DNA of 64,000 nt from Ascidiella aspersa (Eukaryota): positions 26,908,001 to 26,972,000 of the forward strand of contig OZ004609.1 in the NCBI GenBank assembly GCA_963924565.1. Reading direction: 5' to 3'. The translations under genes were made by a program, and so were the position numbers. The notes beneath the pieces were generated by a model that had not been told where the DNA came from, did no database searches, and saw only the letters and a program-made list of their open reading frames with translations. This document shows, piece by piece, positions 1-11,938 of the stretch (within the stretch, counting starts at the first letter, position 1; each line of letters starts with the position of its first letter).

Positions 1-114
1 TGACCTCCTTTATTTGTTGCCAGGTTTGCCTCCTTGTTGTTTATTAACTCGTTGGTAACATCCTCGAGTGCGCGCCAAGTAGGTTTCGACTCCGGCGTGT
101 CCTCTGTTCCTTAG

Positions 115-267
115 GTTGAAGATGAGATATCCGCCGAGCATTACAAACTTAAGCATGCCCCGTGCGTGAAAACGTATGAGGATCTAAACACAAATCTTTC
201 GTCTTTAAAAGGAAGACATGGACACGGGTTGTGTCCTCATAAGCATCGTCATCCGGCCCGCGACTAA
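115..267 (+). CDS. Probable terminal coding exon of an unidentified gene entering from upstream of the window
   Basis: Acceptor ctctgttccttag at 114 is followed by 50 open codons (VEDEISAEHYKLKHAPCVKTYEDLNTNLSSLKGRHGHGLCPHKHRHPARD), TAA at 265-267 and AATAAA near 313. No recognisable domain. Confidence 0.35.
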   Translation, partial: VEDEISAEHYKLKHAPCVKTYEDLNTNLSSLKGRHGHGLCPHKHRHPARD

Positions 268-871
268 TTGGACTTTTTTAAGGTTTTTATCTTGATTTTA
301 AAACATTTATGCAATAAAATACATTTGTAAGGCAACCTCGCTTTTTCGTACACTATACAAGCAGATTATAATAGCAACGCATATTAATCACCACTTTGTT
401 TCAGTTCCTCTTTATATTCCGATCCGCTTAAATATATTTTGTGCCCACAGTTTAAAACAATTGCCCACCCTTGCTATAAGGCAAAGGTTTTTACGTAAAG
501 TGTGGTGCGTCATTCTGATGAGTAGTTTCAAAAAAACGTCGCACACTAACTGCGTCAATAAAATGCTTGCAAATATATTATTATCTCTGACTTGTAGATT
601 TTTTCGAAATTATTCTTACAAAACCTACAGCTATTTTGATATTCTCTTACCAATAAACCAAAAAATAACACCAATAAAAAGTTCGTATCGGTGGGTGCAT
701 CAAACTTTTCCAAAGAACAAAACTAGAACTACGCTACTGCTTTAAGGTAAGGCATCAAAACAACGTTAATGATAAACGATATAGTCTAAAGATATACGTG
801 CCTTAAGGTAACTAATGCATTTACCAGTTGTTATAAAATCGTAGCCCATTGTATATGTTTTCAGTATTATT

Positions 872-1333
872 CAGTGTTGTAAACATGTTCTTTCGAAATG
901 ACGTAAGTCCCAGCCAAGTCATTCGTAAAATACCTGAAGTCCAAGTAAAGTCTTTCTTTTTTAACTAAATAAATAAGTCCCGGTCGAAGTTATCGTTTGT
1001 ACAAGTCAAGTCCCAGTCAAGTCATAATTAGAGCAAGTCAATTTTATGTCAAGTTCTTGTTATAAAAAGAAAACGCTAAACTTATGAAACTGGTGAAATC
1101 CTCCGATTGTGAGCATTTACTGAAGTAAAACAAAGATAAACGCAATAAACAGCAAGCAAATTGTTTTATGTTCAAATCAGGACGAATAAGCCAATTTTAT
1201 AAAAAATAAATGCCTAATAAAAACACTTCTTTTTAATCCAAGGCTTTGGTCCGAAAGACTTAAGTCAAGTCAAGTCATTTAAAAATAGTGACTAAGTGCA
1301 CTGTCAAGTCAGTGACATGTCATCACAACACTG
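872..1333. mobile_element. hAT-like MITE with AAGTC subterminal repeats
   Basis: TIRs CAGTGTTGT...ACAACACTG. 8-bp TSD GTATTATT/GTATTAAT (7/8). Many (C)AAGTC motifs near both ends. Confidence 0.75.
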
Positions 1334-1842
1334 GTATTAATAGTAGGCCTATACCTTATTTAAGCAGTGACTTTAAAATAAGCGCAACTAGAAAATATTT
1401 TTACACAAGCACTTTATTAAGGAACTCTAGATTTAATAATCTTAGGCCTGTATTGTGAAACGCCAGACAAAAAGGTTAACAGACACATTTTGCCGAGCGG
1501 TCTTGGTTAAATACCTAACCTCGCGTGAAGGGATAGTCCGTCTTTCAGGTAGGCTATTCTTTGTATTCCTGCAAAAAAACGGGACATAACTTAGGCGTGC
1601 GTTACGATGCTTTTCGTAAACAAATTACCTTACAGATGAACTGCTTTAGGCCTATAAATTAATATTTTTAGCGAAAACTGTTTCCAACAATTGTTACATA
1701 CCAAAATAGCACGCCATCACGAATAACGTACCGTACGAAAATACTTTTTATAGCTACAGTTACAGTTCTAACTTAATCACACAATATACACCACGTCCAC
1801 CACTAAATAAATTTCCTCATCCGCAATTTACCCAAATAGTAT

Positions 1843-4800
1843 CCCAGCAAACAATTTACCGTTGCGAAAACGTTTTTTATTGGACTATTTGAACTACCAA
1901 TAGCGTTGTTCCCGACCGTTGTTTTGCCGTAAAGTGTAGACTCCCAGCATCGTTTTTAAAACGACATATATTACGTCAATCTGACTTTCCTATAACGTTG
2001 CACAGAAATGTCGTGTGGACGTTATTGTGTAGACTCTCCCGCTTGTAAACGATAAATATTAGAAACGTAAAACTCAGAAATATATATCTGTTAGAGTCTT
2101 CTGTTAGATATACATTTCTATATGATTACGATTTATTTGCTTAAGTCAGGGGTGCATAACCTTTTAGCTGTAACGGCTCTATTGATAGTCTTTATTTTTC
2201 TCACGGCCGCCAGTATGATATTATTGACGTCATAACGTGGCGTCATTTTCCTGGCTTAAGTAATAAATTGTTTAAATAATAAACGAAATACTAAAAGCTT
2301 GCAAATATTTGATTCCATTGGAATTGCGTACACCATTCGCACAAAAACATTGACAATTGTGTATATTTTACCTTAAGGAATATCTTTGGGTTGAATGTTT
2401 TCTTTTTCAATCGCAAATAGTTGATTTTTACTGGTTTCGCAGAAAGAAAAAAAAATAGTTTTAAAACACTTTAAACTAAAAGTTGTTCATACAAATAATT
2501 ATGGTTTTATATAGGCCTATACTGGACATTGAACGTAATGTCGATTATAATAAAACTTTATTTTTTATTACAATCCATATTTTAAAACATTTTACCTTTT
2601 TATAAATTTAATAAAGTAATCTTATAGTTTGAAAAAAAAAGTTAAATTATAGGGTCAATGGGGGATAAATTATAAAAAAAAAACTAAAATACAGTTTTAA
2701 GCCATTTCATCTGATAAATACACAAAAAAATAACCAGGTGTTGTCAAATATATTTTGTCCCATGAAGAAAGTGCCACACAACACAATTAACACATTTTTT
2801 TTTGTTTAAGCCTTTTGTGCTGCTTGGTAAGAAACGTAATCTGTGATGTACTTGGTGATAAACGTAATCTGTTATGCAGTCCTGTAAATCTGCCTTAAAT
2901 TTTAGTTAAAATCTATAATATATAGTGCAATACAAAATTGCATTTGATGTGTATATTTTTCAATATTTAAACTGCATGTAAATATAATACTAAAAAATCC
3001 TAATGTTTACTTGTGGGTAAAAGTTGAACAAATGTGGCATTATTTACGCTTACATTAAAAAATATTTTAAATGAAGTAATTTGTCATAGTTTGTGAAGGC
3101 ATCCCATGATTTCTATTCTGGTGACATCTTGTGCCTAGGCAACAGCTAGCTGTTCCTAAAAATGGGAGCTTGGATCCGCCAAATAAAGAAATATAAATGC
3201 AGTAGGGATGCTGTGTGGGTACAAATTTTGGACGTGCAAAATTCTGAAAGGGGCAATGAACACGTGTCTTATAATCACCCAAAATACCGATTTGGGCACA
3301 ACTCAAATATAAGAATAATTGTCTTAAAAGTGTTAAAAAAAATCTGTTGGCCATATAAAATGAATAAAAATCATATATGTTATGTAATAAATTTATTAAG
3401 TATGCTATTTAGGTAAATGAAGATTAAAAAATATTACAACGTTACCTTGATTAGCAGCCGACTTAATTTGAGTCTTCAAATTCCACAATATAGTTTCTAT
3501 TTAATGACACTTTTTGCCGATATATCCATTGTCAATATCCCATATATGCAAACTTTCTACAGATATAATAAAGCTTGTTTCAAACGTTAGATATAGTTGC
3601 AATATTTTCATAAACAACACAAAATTTATCATAGTCAAATTCAATAAACACTGCACCATTTTACCCATAAAAAAATACAACTTAGCTTATTAACCCAAAC
3701 ACATATTTGATAATAAAGTCTAAGTTTTAGGCGAATGAGATAAACTGCTGACAGCAAACTCCAGCGCAGCTGCCCTAACTTGCACTTCCTCAAAGTTCAA
3801 ATGTTCGCGCAAAACACGTTCAAACTCGATTGTGATGATGTCATCCGCATATCGGCCAATCGGACGTCGTGTGGAGTAAAATTATATGCACGGTAGCGAA
3901 GCGGGACGGGGTGGGAGGTCGTTGCGAGCCAGCAGGAGGCCACTCATGCCAACAGGGCTGTTTCCCGCGGGGCACAAAAAAATTACGATTTGTTTGATGT
4001 CAAGGCAACGTTAACGAATATAATATCTTTAAATACAGCGACATATATCTATTGTCAGAATATATGCAATATGCTTCATAAACTTACAAAATAAGTGTTT
4101 GTTTGACAAATCACTTGAACAAGAAAAAATACAATTTATATGGCACGTATATATTTTCAAACAATCAATTTGGTAATGTTTTTTTCGCAGCTTAAATGTT
4201 AAATTAACTTGATTCCAACTGTTAGGATTCTAAACGTAATTGCTCAAAAATTAAAGTGACCTACACATCTGTGTTACTTTTTTTTTAAAACCTAGACGTT
4301 TAATCATAAACGTTAAATACGATCATAAGCAAAACGTTTTTAAGAGTTTATCATACGTTAAAATGAAGCTTATATATTAAAATGTTTCATACGATGGTTT
4401 AAATAACGTTTTTTTTTGTCAAAACAACGTTTAATAATATCCGTAAAACTAGTCCAAGGAAAACGTTATATAAGATTGACTTTATTTTATACATTTATAT
4501 ATTTCATGTAAACGTTTAGCTAACGGTATTTTATTCACAACTTAAACGTTCAAATAACTCCGTTGAAAGAGTACAGATTTTAAACGTTATTTATAATTAA
4601 AATAATATTATATTTTATAACATTACAATATAATATTATATTTCCGTTTTTTTCGAAAACTTTAACGTTTAACGATATACGTTAAATAAGTTCATAAGTA
4701 AAACGTTATATAAGCGTAACTTTATTTTACAAATGTATAAGTTACATATAGACGTTTAACTAACGGTATTTTAGTCACAACTCACTCAGACGTTGAAATA

Positions 4801-5448
4801 ACTCTGTTAAAAAGGTACGGATTTTAAATGTTTTTACGATTAAAACAAAGCTATATTCATTTAAAGTTACTTATTAAGGTTTACATAACGTTTTTTATAA
4901 CATTAACGTCTAATCACATATGTTAAATGGGATCTTTAGTAAAACCTATAGTGTGTAACTTTTTTTTAACGTAAAATAAAATAAAAAAATAAAAAATAAA
5001 AAAACTGCTGTTTATGTGTTGCTTTATAGCGTTGACATAACGTAATTAAATTCTTATCGTTAACGTATGATTAAATACCTTTAAAATGTACGACTTTTAA
5101 ACGTTATGGAAAAAATGTTAAAAAAATTGCATTTAAATGTTGCATATTAAAGTTACACTAACGTCATAAAAAACGCAACGTTAACGTCCTAATAAATGTT
5201 CAGGACTTGCGATTTTTAAACACTTGTTTTAACGTTACATAAACGTTTGTAATTTTCGGTTATTTAAAAACTTCATGTTCACGTTATAATAACGTTGGAA
5301 CATTAGTTTTAGCTTGGTAAACAGAACAACGTTCGGGAAAAACTAATATATAACATTTACTCTGTTGTGTTTCGACGTAGGCTATTACCACTTTACAACC
5401 AATTGGTAACGTTGTAAAATGGTTGTATAACAGTGTGTGTTTGCTGGG
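1843..5448. mobile_element. Large non-autonomous TIR element (CCCAGCAAACA termini) with AACGTT-rich subterminal arrays
   Basis: CCCAGCAAACA at 1843 and TGTTTGCTGGG ending at 5448. AACGTT-like motifs are dense at 1860-2070 and 4270-5420. No transposase ORF and no clear TSD. Confidence 0.5.
4280..5350. repeat. Degenerate tandem repeat, period about 240 bp
   Basis: aaaacgttatataag...taacggtatttta.tcacaact recurs at about 4460 and 4700, with a decayed third unit at about 4941. Confidence 0.65.
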
Positions 5449-6017
5449 AATTGTGTATATATTTTCCCACAGTGTTTAATATATGTCGAAGCAACTCGTT
5501 TTTGAGTTTTCGTTACATTGGAAAAAAAATAGTTTTTCCTAAAACAAAATAAAAAAAACTATTTGCGTTATTTCGAAGTGCAAACCCACGTCCAGTGCAG
5601 TAGACCTATACTTCTTATATGTTGTAGAATATTGTCTCGATCAGAGATTATCAAACAGTGTGCCGACTTTTTTAAAGTTAATAACGAGACACAAATATAT
5701 AGACCTAAATATAAAAAGTAAGCTACTCACTTTGAAAAATCAGCGCTTTCCAAAGACAAGCTAAGCTAAGTCAAGAATAATAAAGAAGTATTTTACAATT
5801 ATTTAAAGTAACTTTTAACATTGCGAAAAAATGCCATGCAACACAGAAGTTAATAACGATAGTCAGATTTTTCAGGAATCGGTTTAACGCTACCTGTAAA
5901 AGTTAAAACGATTGCGAATTAATATGTCGTGCTACAGAAAACTTTTTCCACTATAGCCAGGAATACAGCGACACAGGTGGAATTCCCGGCCTCCTTTTTG
6001 GCCAATGGGAAGACGTA

Positions 6018-6093
6018 GAAAACTATTTACAAAAGAACTATTTACAAAAGAAGAAAACTATTTACAAAAGAAGTGGAAAACTATTTACAAAGA
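6018..6093. repeat. Minisatellite, 4 copies of AACTATTTACAAA
   Basis: Four directly visible near-identical units. Confidence 0.85.
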
Positions 6094-7365
6094 ACAACTG
6101 GGAAAATCGTTTTTGTTTTTGGTTAATAAAAAAAAATATTTTTAGTTAATAAATAAAAATAAAGATTAAAAAGAAAATGGTAAAAAGACGATTAATACTT
6201 TTTTTATTAAAATATTATTTTTGACGGACAAAACATGTCGTCCATTGTCCATTTTGAAGCGAAACTGTTGTTGCACAGCCAGTGTCTTTCCAGAAACATT
6301 GAAAGACGTTGAAAGATTGTATTGTTGTTTATGGCAGGTTAGTTTAAAATTGACAAAGTTTATTTGTCTTAAAATACGACGTTTTATCATTTTTACTTTT
6401 ATTATATGATATGGTAATTGCAAAGTAGTGTTTAAACATATTTTGGCGCTGATCCAGAATCTTACTTATCACTTTTTTTACAGTAGCGAAATCGAGTTGT
6501 CAAAAAAAAAAATATATATATTGAACTATAAATATAATACTAACACATGACTCAAGCTAACTCGTACCCGAACCTAAGTGGTGTTAGCAATATAAACGGT
6601 GCTAGTATATAAATAAAAAGGTACAATCTACAATTTATCCTCATTTTAAGATTGTGCACAACGAATAATATTTAAGTTAGGGTGCGGGTTTGAGTTGGGT
6701 AGGTCAAGTAATATTATTACATAATAAATACAATCATACTAGAAACCAAAACACTAACCGACAGTCCGACCCAAATATTGTGCGTTATTTTAATATGTTT
6801 CAGCGCTGTTGTAGGATTCTAGGCGATCTTCCACAGCCGCCGCACTCTTTAAATGATTCATTTGGGTTAGCATCGAGTTTCAGTTGGAGAGGGACAAGTA
6901 TTATTATATTTATTACCCAACATTTATTTATTTCCATGGACGACGATGTCCTAGGTTTCTAGACCAGCCTTATGGGTTAGGGTGTAAGTTTGGGAGGGTC
7001 AAATATTTATTATATTTATTCTCCCATATTTTTTCTTTCTTGCAATTTCAATTTTGACGACTTGTTTTGTTACCGTAAACAAGTGGTATCATTCTGTACC
7101 AGAGTATAAATACTCGGCGCTGATCCAAAATCCTCCCACAGCATTGAAACATTTATTAAAGCAACCAGTTTATTTTTTAGTTATGGTGCCGGTTAATGTT
7201 TGGGTGAGGGTGGGTCAAGCATTATTATATTTGTTATTTAACAGTATTGTTTACCTTACCAAGACACTAACTCATGCCCTATCCCAAATCGTTGTGGTAG
7301 GATTCTGGGCTAGTGCCTGAAATAGTTTTACACCTAAAGGAATGTTATTTCTGTATTTTTTCAAA

Positions 7366-7510
7366 GCCAGGTTGGAAAGTTAAGCCTGCTCAAGGGATTG
7401 ATCGGGCTAACGGCTTTCGGTATAATACTTCATTTTCAGCTGTACAAATTTTAGAAATAGCATTATTTCACCTGCACAAATTTCAGCAAAAATTTCATTC
7501 CCCTTGTTGC
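7366..7510 (+). mobile_element. Decayed fragment of the element family at 57438-58038
   Basis: GCCAGGTTGGAAAGTT..GCCTGC matches the reverse complement of 58014-58039. Internal CAGCCGCGCA motifs appear here as CAGCTGTACA and CACCTGCACA. Confidence 0.55.
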
Positions 7511-8129
7511 AGTTGTGCAAGAGATCAGTGTGCATTATGAATGATTAACGCAATAATTTGTCGAAATAAACAAATTAATTCCACTAGTACGAACTCTCAA
7601 AACTGTTGCATGATTTTATCAAATTTTTTCGTTTATATTGTTCAATTGGGACCAATATAATTTGTTGGTTTTGCAATAGAAGATTACACCTAACTGAAGA
7701 TATGCAAGTGGCAAGTTTGAATTCAATTTCCTTAAAAAGTTAAGTTGCAAAATATGTTGCCAACTTAATAACAAGGAAAATAATTACTTGAAATTTGAAA
7801 ATATACTGTGGTGTGATATTCTTAATGTGTTTTTTTAGATTCAAAACTTATTATTCTAGAATATATACCTTGAGAATTCTCATTTGAATAATGAATATCC
7901 CTGCTATTTACCCAGTACACTTTCCTATTTCAAAAGTACAGTCTTCATCACATACAGTGCTTATGCACTTTAATGAATTCATTATTTAATCTGTTTTATC
8001 TGTCTTTCAAAATAAATGTCAATTATACTAATGGAATTTTAATCTCTTTCTTTTATATAGCTGTTTTATCATGAACTAGAGGTTAACCAAATAAGTTTGC
8101 TACAATTTTCCTTAGTAATTTGGAGCATC

Positions 8130-10547
8130 ATGGCTGGCATTAATGTTCTCGCAAAGGCAGTGTACGACAACTTTGCTGAAACAGGAGATGAGCTGAACTT
8201 TCACCGAGGCGATGTTGTCACAGTTATAGAGCAGAACACTGCTGGGCTTGAAGGCTGGTGGCTCTGTTCGTTTCGGGGGAAACAAGGAATTGCCCCTGGA
8301 AACAGGCTGAAAATTATGGCAGGCATGTATGGCTCAGGTCAAGGTGGAGCAGTTACAGCAGCAGCCCAGGAGCAAGACGTTTATGACGTACCTCCGTCAC
8401 ATTCCTGGAACAGTCCACAAAAGCCATTGTTTGCTGACCAAGAAGAAGAGTACGATGTTCCACGGAGCCAGATGAAAGTCGGCAACAACAATCCGGAGCC
8501 TTACTCGCCCACTGAGATTTATGACGTACCCAGAGCTAGCGCCTGGAAGCAGGGCCATAACAATAACGAAGACCAAGAAGTGTATGACATTCCACCATCT
8601 GCACTTTCTGCCCAACCTATCCAACATACCCATGTTGTAGATGACCAGGACGTTTATAATGTACCAAGTAGTCTCATGGCATTTAACAACACACCGGATC
8701 CCATGGAGCTGTATGATGTACCTCCGCTTGTGTCTCGTGGCCCACAACAGACTGTCTTTCATCCAGAAGAAGTGTATGATGTGCCTCCCAGGAGAATGGA
8801 ACAGGTATCCTCTGATTTAATTGATGTACAACATCCGGAGGAAGTTTATGATATTCCATCGTCCCTTGCTTTCCCTATATCAAAAACAGAAAATATTCGC
8901 TCACCAATAAACAGGCAAGAGTCGAATGAATCTGATGTAGTCTATGATATACCACAGTCCAACAGGGCGCCCGGTAGGCGTTACATACCATCTGGCCTAA
9001 ACAGCCTTAGAAGGATGAAGAGAGAAATCAACGCTTTGTCCACAGCTAGTGCTAGCAATTCCATGCAACCCCAAGCACAGCAAGAGCAACCTGATTACAT
9101 TTATGATGTGCCACCACAAGTAAGCAGAGACTCAAACCACAACCAACAACAACAGGCCAATCCTGATGATGTCGTAGACGGACTACTACGCCGCTTGTCG
9201 ATGAATGAACCTGTAGACAACAGAGCTAATCGTCTCTCCCAGATTTCCAAGGACTCATACAGCAGTTTCATTGATGACAATCCCCTTCAATTCAGTGAAC
9301 TGCAACTTGACTTCAACACTGCACTTGAACAGTTAATTGAGCTCAAACGTCAGTTGGAGGACTCTGTGTCAAGCCTTCTTACAATGGTGAAGAAAAACTG
9401 GAGAAAACGAGAAAGCATATATGGAAAAACAACTGATATTCAGAAGTTATTTTTAGATGTGCTAAAAAGCTTAAATCAGTTTCTTATTTTTGCCAGAGGA
9501 GCAACTGCCAATGCTTGTAATGCTACTAATAACCATTCAGTAGGCAAGGCACCAAAAAATGTGCAGACTGGCCTGAGAAAGTTACTTAATCCAGTTGAAG
9601 AAGATGCAGAAATGCTCAGAAGGGCTTTTTCTGAGTTGGATGCTGCTGAGTGGGATATTGAAAAGTTAGCTCTGGCTGACGATACTGATGATGGAATTGC
9701 CTTAGATGAAATTGACAGTTTTGTAATGACCTCCAGGGCTGTTTCGGACGATGCTGCCCAAATGGCTGTCTACATCCATACTCATGCACAGTACATATTC
9801 ACAAAAGCAAAGGATGTGCAGCGTACATCTTCGCCCCCAGTACAACCTGCCAGCCCTGAGAGACCTATTCAGGAACGAAATGCCCTGCAAGCAAGACCGT
9901 TGCCCTCTGTACCCAATAAAAACGATACCGTAGCCGTGCCTTCCCCAACCACTGTCATGCCTGGTGAGGATGCCTGGCTTGAGGATTACGATTATGTTGC
10001 CTTGGAGGATAAGGATGAATTTGAGCAGAGCACACAGAGTCCCACTTCTGGCAACTTGGCTGGACTAAATAAACGACGAACCCAGCTGCTCGCATTAGAG
10101 AAAGAGCTGTCTCCGAGCATCACCCGACTTGAGGCCGGCAAAATCAGCAGCAAAGAAAAAGAGGCCCTCAATGAACTTGCCATCGACATTCCAGAGTTGA
10201 TGCAAGGCTTGTCAAATGCAATTGAACAGTTCACGAATGCAGTGGAAAAGGGAAACCAGCCGCACACATTTGTTGCTCTGGGCAAGCAAGTTATTTTGTG
10301 TGCCCACAAACTAGTATTTGTGGGGGACTGCGTTCACCAGCAGGTCAGAGTGCAAAGTGTTAAGGACTCCATAAGGGATCACTGCTTTGACATGTGCACT
10401 GCGTTAAAGCACACAGTTGTATCAACCAAACTGGCAGCCCTGCAATGGCCAGCAATACATGCTGTGCAGGACATGGTCGACAAAATATATGACATTGCAA
10501 AGTGCGCTCACAAAATCAGGCTTACCCTTGATCATGTTTTATACTAA
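8130..10547 (+). CDS. BCAR1: p130Cas / Cas-family scaffold (BCAR1/NEDD9-like), 805 aa, intronless CDS
   Basis: N-terminal SH3 (VLAKAVYDN...LEGWWLCSFRGKQGIAPGNRL). Substrate domain with 10 YxxP motifs (6 YDVP, 3 YDIP, 1 YNVP). Helical bundle region, Src-binding RPLPSVP and YDYV motifs, and C-terminal FAT-like domain (GKQVILCAHKLVFVGD). The first ATG is at 8130; the ORF track start at 8097 is a TTG. Acceptor ttttccttag at 8115. Confidence 0.95.
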   Translation: MAGINVLAKAVYDNFAETGDELNFHRGDVVTVIEQNTAGLEGWWLCSFRGKQGIAPGNRLKIMAGMYGSGQGGAVTAAAQEQDVYDVPPSHSWNSPQKPLFADQEEEYDVPRSQMKVGNNNPEPYSPTEIYDVPRASAWKQGHNNNEDQEVYDIPPSALSAQPIQHTHVVDDQDVYNVPSSLMAFNNTPDPMELYDVPPLVSRGPQQTVFHPEEVYDVPPRRMEQVSSDLIDVQHPEEVYDIPSSLAFPISKTENIRSPINRQESNESDVVYDIPQSNRAPGRRYIPSGLNSLRRMKREINALSTASASNSMQPQAQQEQPDYIYDVPPQVSRDSNHNQQQQANPDDVVDGLLRRLSMNEPVDNRANRLSQISKDSYSSFIDDNPLQFSELQLDFNTALEQLIELKRQLEDSVSSLLTMVKKNWRKRESIYGKTTDIQKLFLDVLKSLNQFLIFARGATANACNATNNHSVGKAPKNVQTGLRKLLNPVEEDAEMLRRAFSELDAAEWDIEKLALADDTDDGIALDEIDSFVMTSRAVSDDAAQMAVYIHTHAQYIFTKAKDVQRTSSPPVQPASPERPIQERNALQARPLPSVPNKNDTVAVPSPTTVMPGEDAWLEDYDYVALEDKDEFEQSTQSPTSGNLAGLNKRRTQLLALEKELSPSITRLEAGKISSKEKEALNELAIDIPELMQGLSNAIEQFTNAVEKGNQPHTFVALGKQVILCAHKLVFVGDCVHQQVRVQSVKDSIRDHCFDMCTALKHTVVSTKLAALQWPAIHAVQDMVDKIYDIAKCAHKIRLTLDHVLY

Positions 10548-11938
10548 CTCTTTTGTTTCCTTTGTGTTGTGTGTTTCGGCATCAAAGGCAACAAACTGAA
10601 GTTTTACTTTGCAAGTTGTGACAATTTGCTTCTGTGATTATGTTTAAACTTTGTTTTGTGTAGACCCGCTCTCTGTACAATGACCTATCACCATTGCCCT
10701 TTGTTTTCCTGCTCTGCACTGCTTTTATAGTTTTGAAACACATGAAGCTTGTAGTACAGAGTTCAACAATGCACTAGTTTTACTGACCTGTTAAGTATCC
10801 ACATGAAAGAGTGTACTATTTTGTTGATTTTTAAAATAAACCATAATCATTTTTTTACCATTGATATCTTAGAGAATGTTTATGTTATTATAATTATGAA
10901 ATCAAAACAAATTTTGAAGATAGTTTTAATCTTAAAACACATTCCTTGTTATTTTGTTACTACTTGCAACCTTTCCAGAAGTGCGTTTCAACTTGTCCTA
11001 AATTTTTGGTTAAGTGCTTTTTGGAGTATTTTAGTAGTTTAATTAATTTGTATGCTTCCATTGTTCATATTTATGTTTGTTACTGTTCAGTAAAACCACT
11101 TGATCTTCTAATGAGGGTTTTTGCAACCATACTGCTCGTTTAACTAACTTTTGTTTGTTGATTTTACATCACTGTTTAAGCAGACTTTAAACAATTGAAC
11201 TTTTTTTGGTATCTAAAAAGCCTGGAGCTGAATCATTGATTTCATGTGATTTCATTGTAATTAATGACGCAGGTTACTTCAACTGTAATGCCAGAAACTA
11301 TTTCTAGTGGTAATTCATAATTATTTTGAAGACATAACTTGACTTTTAATGTGATTTAAATGTTTTTGAGTGTTGATTTATTATTATTGACATGCTACTT
11401 TGCTTTAATCCAGTGTTGCTAGTTTATGCATTTTTACTTTTCTTGATAATCCACCCTTTAAAGGTAGATAAACATTGTCATGACTAATGCTTTCCAGCGT
11501 AAATTAAGGATGTATATATATTACAATGTAATTTTTTGCCCATAACTGCAAAACTTAGTATTACTTTACTAATCATGTTATCAATTCCTAAAAAATAGGC
11601 TATTATTCCACTATAATTTTTTCTGCATTCGTGAGTAGGTACATTGTGTTTTATGTAACCCAACTATTTTATTTTATACTGCAAAAAAGTTTGCAACAAA
11701 GACACACCTAGCTCTTGTCTGGCAACTATGCTTTTATTAACTTGTAATTTTTATTGGTGCTTTTTCTGACGGTGCTGGTTTTGTTGCTTGCGGTAATATT
11801 TTCACTTTGTTTTTTCTTCTTAATCCTTCTCTGTCGCTTTATAATGCTTTTTCTCTTTAATCGTAGGAACATTTAGCAACGGAAAGCTTTAAATTTTTTA
11901 GGTAGCTCCTAGACTTAGGATAGTTTTGGGACAGAGAA

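Noticed and set aside
8097-8129. N-terminal extension of BCAR1 shown in the ORF track
   Set aside because: It starts at a TTG and spans an acceptor site at 8115. The ATG at 8130 matches the family N-terminus.
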